DNA of 64,000 nt, from positions 36,946 to 100,945 of the IMG/VR virus record IMGVR_UViG_3300035664_000005; one strand, written 5' to 3'. Position numbers and translations under genes: made by a program. The DNA comes from a virus. Each line of letters begins with the position of its first letter. Position 1 is the stretch's first letter. Shown here in pieces: positions 56,277-64,000 of this stretch. A model generated the notes under the pieces. It was given only the letters and a program-made list of their open reading frames with translations, had not been told where the DNA came from and ran no database searches.

Positions 56277-57743
56277 ATGGCCGGAGTAACAATTACAACA
56301 GCAGTTCGTACAGGCGCTATCAATACTGGTACCGCAGATGCTGCGAAATTCTTCCTATTAGGAACAGCAGAGCGTGGGAAAAGTGATTTAGCCTATTCGG
56401 TAACTTCGCTTGAGGATTTTGAAACCAAGTTTGGTTCGCATGTAAGCGGCTCCTACTCGTGGTATTCCATGAAAACCTTCTTTGAAGAAGGCGGCGTTGA
56501 GGCTTATTTCAAAAAAGTTGATGCTTCTGACGGCGTAGTCGCAACGAAAGCGTTTACGACTGCAACTTCTGCTGGTGCGGGTGTTACTTTCACAGCGGTA
56601 AGCAAAGGTACTTGGGGTAATACAGCAACATTCGTTGTCGCCAACAATACAACTACTTTTGATGTAACGATCACCTACAGCGGTACAGTAATTTATTCCG
56701 GCACAGGCTTAGCATCGTTGACCGAATTGGTTGCATCGGCGAACGCAGACACCACACTGGCAGACTATTACACCTGTGCTCTCTCATCGGGTGCAACTGC
56801 GTCACAGTTGTTGGCGACAGCCTCTTCAACTTCTGCATCCAACGGATCAAACGGAACGATTGCAAAATCGGATTTCATTAGCGCAATTAGCGCGTTCACG
56901 GAGGATCTTGGTTCAGGTGCTGTAGCGGCACCGGGTGTTGCTACGGGTAGTTCGGACAGCGCATTGTATGATGCTCTTCGCACACACGCCGCATCATATA
57001 ACCGTATTGCTCTTTGTGGTTTCGTTTCTACAGCAAGTCTTGCGAATGCACGCTCAGCATCAACTGGCTACACAGGAACCGAATACCACGAATACATGGC
57101 GTTCTACCATCCTTGGGTGCAAATTCCAAACGGTTCGGTAACTGTTGATGTACCACCAGAAGCGTATGTAGCCGCTGTTCGCGCACGCACACACAATGCT
57201 GTTGGTGCTTGGAAGGCTTATGCAGGTGTTGCATCTGAAGCAAAGTTTGTTACAGGAACCACTTTGGCTGTAAGCAGGGCTGACGGCGATCTCATGGATG
57301 CCGCATATGTCAATCCAATTCGTGTCATCAATGGTCGTGTTCGCATCTATGGTGCTCGTTCACACTCTTCAGTTGTTGCTCAGTGGCGTTTCATTACTGC
57401 TCGCGACACAATCAACTACATCAATGTTGAAGCAAATGCTCGTTTAGAGGATTTGGTGTTCTCAACGATTGATGGTCGTCAAACATTGTTTGCAAATATC
57501 ATCAACGCAATTCAATCTGTTGTTGAACCAATCCGTATCAACGGTGGCTTCTATGAGGGTTTTGCTACCGATGGTCGCCGTGTTGATTACGGCTACACAA
57601 TCAAGTGTGATGCTTCATTGAACCCAGTTTCCCAACTTGAAGAGGGAACAATCAAGGCAAGACTTGGTGTTCGTGTTTCAAGTATTGGTGACAAAATTGA
57701 AGTTGATCTCATCAAGTCAAATCTAACAACTGCTTTGGCATAA
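56277..57743 (+). CDS. Contractile tail sheath protein
   Basis: FFEEGG, GTWGN, AFYHPWV, VPP, VNPIR....IYGARS, W..I..R. Confidence 0.9.
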   Translation: MAGVTITTAVRTGAINTGTADAAKFFLLGTAERGKSDLAYSVTSLEDFETKFGSHVSGSYSWYSMKTFFEEGGVEAYFKKVDASDGVVATKAFTTATSAGAGVTFTAVSKGTWGNTATFVVANNTTTFDVTITYSGTVIYSGTGLASLTELVASANADTTLADYYTCALSSGATASQLLATASSTSASNGSNGTIAKSDFISAISAFTEDLGSGAVAAPGVATGSSDSALYDALRTHAASYNRIALCGFVSTASLANARSASTGYTGTEYHEYMAFYHPWVQIPNGSVTVDVPPEAYVAAVRARTHNAVGAWKAYAGVASEAKFVTGTTLAVSRADGDLMDAAYVNPIRVINGRVRIYGARSHSSVVAQWRFITARDTINYINVEANARLEDLVFSTIDGRQTLFANIINAIQSVVEPIRINGGFYEGFATDGRRVDYGYTIKCDASLNPVSQLEEGTIKARLGVRVSSIGDKIEVDLIKSNLTTALA

Positions 57744-57754
57744 CGGAGGAATAA

Positions 57755-58234
57755 ATGGCTCGTCCAACATTGTTTAAGAATCTCGCTACACAGCGCCAAA
57801 TCGTTGGCAAGATCACGCCATCGCAAGGTACTGTTGGTTTGCCGACTTTCCCTGACTACTTCACGCAGATTGCTGGCGGAGAAATCACCGCATCTGTTGA
57901 GAAGGTTTACCACGGTGGAGACTTGTTCTCCGAGACCCTTTGTGCACCAATGGAAATTGGCGACATCACCCTCACTGGCTATGTGTCAACTGATGCGGCG
58001 TTTATGCAGAAGATTCAGGCTTTGCGTCCACTTGTTGGTCGTATCCGCTACGACATTGATGTCCATGTTTTTGACTGCGATATCGCTGTGCCGGGTGCCG
58101 ACCGACAGTACACAAGCGCTTTGCTTGTAGGTTTGACTGAGCCAGATGGTGATGCAACCTCGGGTACACCAGCAACATTCACACTGACATTCAGTGTTGC
58201 TACTGTTTCTGTAGGTAACGCCCCTCAAGTTTAA
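57755..58234 (+). CDS. Tail tube protein
   Basis: 159 aa directly after the sheath gene; GGAGG RBS; GDITL, PDGDA motifs. Confidence 0.8.
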   Translation: MARPTLFKNLATQRQIVGKITPSQGTVGLPTFPDYFTQIAGGEITASVEKVYHGGDLFSETLCAPMEIGDITLTGYVSTDAAFMQKIQALRPLVGRIRYDIDVHVFDCDIAVPGADRQYTSALLVGLTEPDGDATSGTPATFTLTFSVATVSVGNAPQV

Positions 58235-58287
58235 TTCCCTTTTTGGGGTTGCATTTTGATCGTTGAAGCCATGTTAGTGTTGCGCGT

Positions 58288-58836
58288 ATGACCAACATTC
58301 AATTCAATTCAGAAGATAGTGCAGACAGTCAATCAACGATGGGTTCGTTTCCTCGGCGAGTGGATCAAATGACAGTAGAGCCAGACAATGTTTTGGATAG
58401 CCTCAAAAAGGTTATTCAGGATAAGGTTCGTCGTGGAGATGTTTATATTCCGATCCCTGAGCGACCGGGTGTGATGATTCGTGTTTCTCCTAACATTACG
58501 CAACAGCAATTGAAAGTGTGGCGTAGGAACGCTGGCGATGAACGCAAGGGCGGTATGGACACTTTGAAGTTTTCAACCAATTTGATTGCCGCTACCACTA
58601 CAGGCATTTTGCTTAATGATGTTGTCGCAACTGATGACAATGGTGTTGAAGTTACTTTTGCTTCACCAGAAATTATGCAAATGACAGGAACAACAAGACC
58701 ACACCCTGATTGTGTTTTGGCTTTCTTTGGTCTTGAACCTCATGTTGAAGCCGCGGCTGTAGCAATTATTGAAGCCGCAGGCTACGGAGATGCAGTTGAT
58801 GCATTGGACCCTACGAAGAGGTCTTCCGGGAATTAA
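58288..58836 (+). CDS. Tail assembly chaperone
   Basis: Lies between tube and tape measure; extended -10 TGtTAGTGT 7 nt before the ATG. Confidence 0.7.
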   Translation: MTNIQFNSEDSADSQSTMGSFPRRVDQMTVEPDNVLDSLKKVIQDKVRRGDVYIPIPERPGVMIRVSPNITQQQLKVWRRNAGDERKGGMDTLKFSTNLIAATTTGILLNDVVATDDNGVEVTFASPEIMQMTGTTRPHPDCVLAFFGLEPHVEAAAVAIIEAAGYGDAVDALDPTKRSSGN

Positions 58837-59012
58837 CGGACGATTTCCGCATAGTTTTAGCGGCAAGGCTTGGCGACCTCTTCAAAACAGATCCAATTAA
58901 ACTTCTTGACAGCGACACCGATGAATGGATCATCCGTCTTGCTTGTGCTAAAGTTATACAGACGGATAGAGAAAAACAGGAAGCGGAAGACCGACGACGA
59001 TCTCGTCAGTAA
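58800..59012 (+). CDS. Start-less -1-frame ORF, probable frameshift extension of the tail chaperone
   Basis: GPYEEVFRELTDDFRIVLAARLGDLFKTDPIKLLDSDTDEWIIRLACAKV...; no ATG; overlaps the chaperone 3' end; ends before the TMP gene. Confidence 0.6.
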   Translation, partial: CIGPYEEVFRELTDDFRIVLAARLGDLFKTDPIKLLDSDTDEWIIRLACAKVIQTDREKQEAEDRRRSRQ

Positions 59013-59059
59013 TCTGCTGGAGCGCTCATATTCATAACCTTTAAAACGGAGATGGATGT

Positions 59060-62000
59060 ATGCCAGCAGCCGAGCGCGTAGTAATTGATATTGAAGTTAA
59101 TTCTGATATTGCCACAATTGAGGCTACTCGTCGCGCGCTTGAAGATTTAACTGACGCTCAGAGGAAATATAACCGTGAGCGAGACCGCGAACCCAGTGGC
59201 GGTGGTGGCGGCGGTGGCGGCGGTGGCGGCGGTGGTGGAGACGACGATGGCGGACGCGGGCGTCGCGGTGGGCGAGGCGGGCGAGGTGGACGAGGTGGAC
59301 GCTATCAAGGTTTTGCTGGACAAGTTTTTGACTTCCGTGGTGACATAGGAAAAGCCATCGCGAGTTACGGAAAACTTCTTGGATTAGTTAACAAACTTGC
59401 AATGATTTCTTTTCCACTGATGTTAGGTGCTTTAAGTGCAATAAGTCTTGCTTTTAAAGCAGGAACTTATTTTCAGAAAATGTACGCATCAGCAATGTCT
59501 ACTTTGGCTACTGCTGTTGGTGTTGCGTTCGTTGCTATAACAACTCTGTTGGCTGCTCAAAGGGAGTTTGCTGCTGTACAAAGTTCTCCTGCCTACTTTG
59601 AAGGAACAGTAAATACCACCGATAGATTCGTTGCCGCTAGTCAAGCGATGTCAATGTTTACTGATAACTCACAACTTGCTGTTGTTGGTGCCAAGGGTTT
59701 ACAGTCTGCCTTTACCACCTTGAGCAAAGTTAAGCCGATCACTGGTCAAACAACTGCGGCTTTCACTAGTTTGATGGATGTTGTTGCTGGTAGTGGTGGA
59801 GATCTAGAAGGTGGTTCCAAAAAACTTGCCGAGTTTTTAGCGGCTGTACAGAAAAAGGGAAGCCTTGCTGGTGGCGCTGAAGCCGCTAAAGATTTAGGTC
59901 CTGATTTTGAAAAGATAGTTAAAGAAGCGGGCGCTCTCGGTATTAAGACCAGCGACGAGTTTTTGAAAGCCGCCGCTGAAGGAAAACTTGGTGAAACTTT
60001 TGCAACAAAATATGCTGGAACTTTAGACGCGTTAAATAATACGGTTATGGGTCGTTTTAAATCGGCTATTTCAAATATTAAAAGTCAATTGACCGAAATC
60101 GGTGGTCAATACCTTGGAGATGCTGGAAACGCAATTGGGCGTCTTGAGGGAATAGTTAGCAAAGTCATCACACGTTTGTCTTATGTATTACAAAGTTTTG
60201 ATGTCAGCGGAAAAATGGGCGGTTTTCTTGATGCCGTAGATAAGGGTGCAGACAAATTCATTGTTTTGATGACTAAATATCTCAATACGACACCAACCCT
60301 TTTTCAGTTTTTGGGAGATAGTTTCAACACAATTGGTAATGCGTTTGACGCTATGCAGGATTGGATGCGACAGTTCCAAGCCGCTGGCGAACTGATCAAC
60401 GAATATTTCTTTAAACCTCTTTTCTCTGCTATTGGTTCAAGTTTTACGCTGAGTATGACAAGTCTTGCGCAGACTCTTGAGAGTAACAAAGGAGCCATTC
60501 AATCCTTTGCCATGCAGATTGCTAGCACGCTTTCTGCTATTGGCAAATATGGTGATGTGGTTCGTCAACTATTTATCGGTGCGATGCCTGCTCTTCAACT
60601 TTTGTTGAAAGTTGTTGAATTGTTTTTCAAAGGTTTGGCGGCTTTTGGTAAAACCGCAATGGCTATAGCGAATGCATTTGAAAGTGTTTTTGGAAAACAA
60701 GTTGGCGGAGTTATCAAACTTGCCGCCCTGTATTCATTGTTCACTATTGCTAAAAGATTTTTTACTGTTCTTGGAACTATGTTCGGAAAAAAGATGACAG
60801 GCGCAATGAATGTTCAGGCTGGTGTCGTGAATGTTAACGGTTCTCCAGTTAGTAGCGCCGGGGATCTGGTAGACGGTAAAAGTGGAAGAATTGCAAAACA
60901 TTTTAAAGAGGGAGGAAAATTTGCAAAAATCGGCGGAAAACTAAAGAACGCCAAGACATTTTTAAAGACGGGAGCGAAGCAGGCAGCAACAAAATTGGCT
61001 ATACCGCTCGCAATCGCGACGGGTGCTTATATGGCGGGAAGTAAAATCGCCAGCAAGTTTAATGATGACTCTGTTAAATCTAGAGGGACATCCGCTGCTG
61101 CGAGTGCGACTGCTGGTGCGGCACTTGGTGCGACCATCGGCTCTGTGTTCCCGGGTGTCGGAACGGCGGCAGGGGCAATTATTGGTGGCATTGTTGGAGG
61201 TATTACTGGTTATGTGAAAGCAGGTAAACAGCGAAAAGAAACTCGCAAAGCCGCAAAAACAATGGTGGAAGACTACGGCAAAAGCATTGATGAGGCTGTC
61301 GCTGGCGGAAACGTTGAAGACCTTATAGCGATGAAAGAGCAGTTAAAGTCTGATCGCGCAAAATTTGTTAACACAAACGCTGACCCTGCGTATGCTGCTC
61401 AGGCTTTAAAAAAATATAATGAGGAATTTGACAAACTTAATACCAAAATATTGAATTACACAACTGCTGTTGGTATTTCTGATAAATATTTTGGTGTTGG
61501 TGCGGAGTCTTTGAATAAAATGGCTGAGGCTGCTGGAATAGATCTCACAGCACAAATGTTGACTTTCCGTGATGTTCTTGATCTTGTCGGTAAAACTGCT
61601 GAGGAAAAAGCAAGACTTATCAAGGTTGCTTGGGCGAATATTGGTGCTTTTGCGGTATCTGAATCAATGAGTTATTTTGACAAAAAAAAGCAAGCAGCAG
61701 AAGCCGGGAAAGCGGTTGATGCTACTCAGCAATCAATTTTAACAGGTGGCTATACCGAGGCAACAGCAGATAAATTTCTTGAACAATTGTTGCAATTCAA
61801 TGTTGCTACTTTTGGTGATGTTGGTGGTATAAGTACTACCTTCGCCACTTTGGAGAAAGAGTTGACAACTGGATCTTTTAAAGATTTAACTGATGTCCAA
61901 AAAGAATATTTGCGCTCTGAGGCTGCTAAAGCCGGAGTTAGTGCTGAAGGTTTGCTAAAAAATATTGATAGTACAGAATTGGCGACACTTCTTGGAGGCA

Positions 62001-62461
62001 ATCAAGCGTTAGATGGTTACAAAAACGCGGACGGCACTTTAAATGGGGAAAGAATCATGTCGTTTATTACATCAAAGATGACTGGTCCTAATGCTGACGC
62101 AGGATTTTTGCAAAACCTTATTGACGCGCAACAGTCGGCAGACGGAAGCGTAAACGCACTTCAAACAAACGCCCTGCTGACAACGGGGACTATTGCACCA
62201 AACCTCTTAGGGGCAACTGGCACCATGTCTCCCGCAGAAAGGAACGCAAGAGGAATAACTGGAACACCAAATGCTTACACCGTTCCTGCGAATCCAGCAT
62301 CAAATCAGCAATTCTTGACAACATTGAACATCACTGCGTCAATGTTGGATGGTAAAACCATTGATCAAATTGAGAGGGTTATCACTAAGGCTATTCGTGA
62401 ACAAAAAGAACGCGGTAGCAGTACGGGCACTCTCACTGGCTCAACGTCCAAAAACTCGTGA
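59060..62461 (+). CDS. Tape measure protein
   Basis: 1133 aa Ala/Gly-rich helical protein with GAxIG glycine-zipper segments; canonical position. Confidence 0.88.
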   Translation: MPAAERVVIDIEVNSDIATIEATRRALEDLTDAQRKYNRERDREPSGGGGGGGGGGGGGGDDDGGRGRRGGRGGRGGRGGRYQGFAGQVFDFRGDIGKAIASYGKLLGLVNKLAMISFPLMLGALSAISLAFKAGTYFQKMYASAMSTLATAVGVAFVAITTLLAAQREFAAVQSSPAYFEGTVNTTDRFVAASQAMSMFTDNSQLAVVGAKGLQSAFTTLSKVKPITGQTTAAFTSLMDVVAGSGGDLEGGSKKLAEFLAAVQKKGSLAGGAEAAKDLGPDFEKIVKEAGALGIKTSDEFLKAAAEGKLGETFATKYAGTLDALNNTVMGRFKSAISNIKSQLTEIGGQYLGDAGNAIGRLEGIVSKVITRLSYVLQSFDVSGKMGGFLDAVDKGADKFIVLMTKYLNTTPTLFQFLGDSFNTIGNAFDAMQDWMRQFQAAGELINEYFFKPLFSAIGSSFTLSMTSLAQTLESNKGAIQSFAMQIASTLSAIGKYGDVVRQLFIGAMPALQLLLKVVELFFKGLAAFGKTAMAIANAFESVFGKQVGGVIKLAALYSLFTIAKRFFTVLGTMFGKKMTGAMNVQAGVVNVNGSPVSSAGDLVDGKSGRIAKHFKEGGKFAKIGGKLKNAKTFLKTGAKQAATKLAIPLAIATGAYMAGSKIASKFNDDSVKSRGTSAAASATAGAALGATIGSVFPGVGTAAGAIIGGIVGGITGYVKAGKQRKETRKAAKTMVEDYGKSIDEAVAGGNVEDLIAMKEQLKSDRAKFVNTNADPAYAAQALKKYNEEFDKLNTKILNYTTAVGISDKYFGVGAESLNKMAEAAGIDLTAQMLTFRDVLDLVGKTAEEKARLIKVAWANIGAFAVSESMSYFDKKKQAAEAGKAVDATQQSILTGGYTEATADKFLEQLLQFNVATFGDVGGISTTFATLEKELTTGSFKDLTDVQKEYLRSEAAKAGVSAEGLLKNIDSTELATLLGGNQALDGYKNADGTLNGERIMSFITSKMTGPNADAGFLQNLIDAQQSADGSVNALQTNALLTTGTIAPNLLGATGTMSPAERNARGITGTPNAYTVPANPASNQQFLTTLNITASMLDGKTIDQIERVITKAIREQKERGSSTGTLTGSTSKNS
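59198..59302 (+). repeat. Poly-Gly (14) tract and RGG repeats in the TMP N-terminus
   Basis: Run of mixed ggc/ggt codons, then GRGGRGGRGGR. Confidence 0.8.
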
Positions 62462-62480
62462 GAAACCTAGGTAAAGAACT

Positions 62481-63281
62481 ATGGCTAAAACTTTAACTGT
62501 TTGGGTGAGATTAAAAGATCCGACGCCAGAGGCTGATCGTCTCTCTTCTTCAACACCGGGCGCGTTGCCTCTTATTTTGCGTATGAGGTCATCAAACGCG
62601 AACATAGAGGAAGATTTTGTTTTTCCGTATAGTCCTAGGGAAATAAATATCGGAAGTTTGTCGGATGAAATGGTTCAAATAGATCGTCCGGGCACCACAC
62701 CGATTGTTGCTTTCAAATCTCACAAACTTATGACTATTGATTTCACGGCACTTATCGCACATCCCGGTGACGGTCTTATACAGAGTGTTGATTCACAAAT
62801 TTTTGCTTTACGAAGATTTGCTTCAAGTAGTGACAAAGTTTTTGAGTTGGTTAATTATGATATTTTTACTCGTACCCCTTTTGTTTATAGAAATATGAGT
62901 AAAGAAAGGTTGAGTGGTTTGTTTTTCTCTATAACTGAGATGAGCGTTGATGTGACTAGAAGAAATAAAGAGAATTCAATTACTAGCGCGAATGTGAAAC
63001 TTAGTTTGGTTGAAAACCGAAATCCGAATATCAATATTGCGTTAATTCCACCTTTGTTTTACAAAAAAGAGACAGGGAAGAATACGAGCACTACCAAAAA
63101 AGTGGTTGGTGATACGGTCAACAAAGTTTCAGATGTATCACTGACTGTAGGTGGAACAATTATTCTTACTCAAAAAGGGAAAAAGCCGATGTTATGCCCT
63201 GACCCTTCAGGGGCAAAGAAAGCAAATGGGGAACCAAAACTTATTTCTATTAAACCGAATCAACCCAATTATTGTGGCTAA
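62481..63281 (+). CDS. Tail tube initiator / baseplate-proximal protein
   Basis: Follows TMP; F.FPYSP.EI, I.RPG..P, ITEMSV....R...A.V.LSL.E. Confidence 0.6.
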   Translation: MAKTLTVWVRLKDPTPEADRLSSSTPGALPLILRMRSSNANIEEDFVFPYSPREINIGSLSDEMVQIDRPGTTPIVAFKSHKLMTIDFTALIAHPGDGLIQSVDSQIFALRRFASSSDKVFELVNYDIFTRTPFVYRNMSKERLSGLFFSITEMSVDVTRRNKENSITSANVKLSLVENRNPNINIALIPPLFYKKETGKNTSTTKKVVGDTVNKVSDVSLTVGGTIILTQKGKKPMLCPDPSGAKKANGEPKLISIKPNQPNYCG

Positions 63282-63284
63282 CCA

Positions 63285-64000
63285 ATGATTTCTGACAAAA
63301 CATTAATTATCGTCGGGCATGATCAAGTTCAAGCGGTTCGCCAAATAGCCCAACATGTTACAAGTATCACTGTGAGTTACACAATTGATGGTGCTTCACA
63401 GGTGACAGTTGAATTAGTGGACGAAAAACTTGCCATGTGGAACGCTAATTATTTTGCTATTAGCAACATCTGTTTATTTAATGATGGAACAATGACAGAA
63501 CGGTACATGATTGCTAGCCATGAAATTTCCAAGGGCGAAGGTGAGTATTTCAAAATTACTTTGGAGTTACGCACTGAAGCAATTCAACGAATGAAACTTA
63601 ACAAAAAACCTCAAGCGTTTAGATCTACCACAGGCTACGAATTTGCGCAGAAGGTTGCAAAAGAGTTTGGTTTAGGTTTCATAGGGCAACCTCCCAAAGG
63701 TATCAAAACCACCACCATTAAGGTGAAAACAGATAAAAATCAGGAATCCGTGTTTGACGTTCTTGTTCGTTCAGCAAAAGACCTTCAATACCTTTGTTTC
63801 GTAATGTATGCGGTGGAAGGACTGGATGTTTCAAAACCTCCGATACCTACATTATTTTATGGTTCCCCTAACTGGCTTCTTGGTCGTTGGGGTATAGAAA
63901 AAACACCTGCTTACACATTCACTACGGCTGATGGGAAAAAAGAAACTCGTTCTTTGTTTTTTATTCCCCTCAAATACCCAAATGACGACAAAATGAATTT
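63285..64000 (+). CDS. Baseplate hub-like protein, 3'-truncated by the window
   Basis: ATG at 63285; open to the window end; SITV..TIDGASQVTV.LVD, ESVFDVL.R.A. Confidence 0.6.
   Translation, partial: MISDKTLIIVGHDQVQAVRQIAQHVTSITVSYTIDGASQVTVELVDEKLAMWNANYFAISNICLFNDGTMTERYMIASHEISKGEGEYFKITLELRTEAIQRMKLNKKPQAFRSTTGYEFAQKVAKEFGLGFIGQPPKGIKTTTIKVKTDKNQESVFDVLVRSAKDLQYLCFVMYAVEGLDVSKPPIPTLFYGSPNWLLGRWGIEKTPAYTFTTADGKKETRSLFFIPLKYPNDDKMN

Noticed and set aside
1-64000. tRNA genes, integrase/att sites, alternative genetic code
   Set aside because: No cloverleaf or integrase recognised by eye; long genes read through under the standard code with all three stops used

Overview
This window is a 64-kb piece of a large tailed phage genome with a contractile tail (sheath, tube, tape measure) and an HK97-fold head. 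The host is most likely a low-GC actinobacterium: the phage encodes WhiB, several genes appear leaderless, and GC looks moderate by eye. Layout: (1) 1-17.4 kb holds replication, modification and auxiliary genes: ParB-like, RuvC, a Gnt1-like GlcNAc transferase, WhiB, primase-helicase, a TerS-like HTH, 2OG-Fe(II) oxygenases, a DNA MTase, class II RNR, a CX5R phosphatase next to an HDAC-family deacetylase, and an FkbM MTase. (2) 17.4-47 kb is a long minus-strand head module: a portal-MuF fusion, an extended prohead protease, ~21 kb of large mosaic proteins, then the major capsid protein. (3) 47-64 kb is plus strand: TerL, Sak/Rad52 plus exonuclease, an IbrA/IbrB-like pair, a protamine-like protein, and neck, tail and baseplate genes. 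The standout is the block between protease and capsid genes. It encodes a family of paralogues sharing a Cys-containing module (RCPxG...G(G/N)Q(I/F)TD...C) fused to interchangeable C-terminal enzyme domains (HipA/PI-kinase-like, GNAT-like, ParB-like). Several are followed by a small unrelated ORF, and module borders carry Lys-(Ala/Ser/Gly) motifs. This looks like a polymorphic virion-cargo effector/immunity system. All functional calls come from motif recognition by eye; no searches were run.
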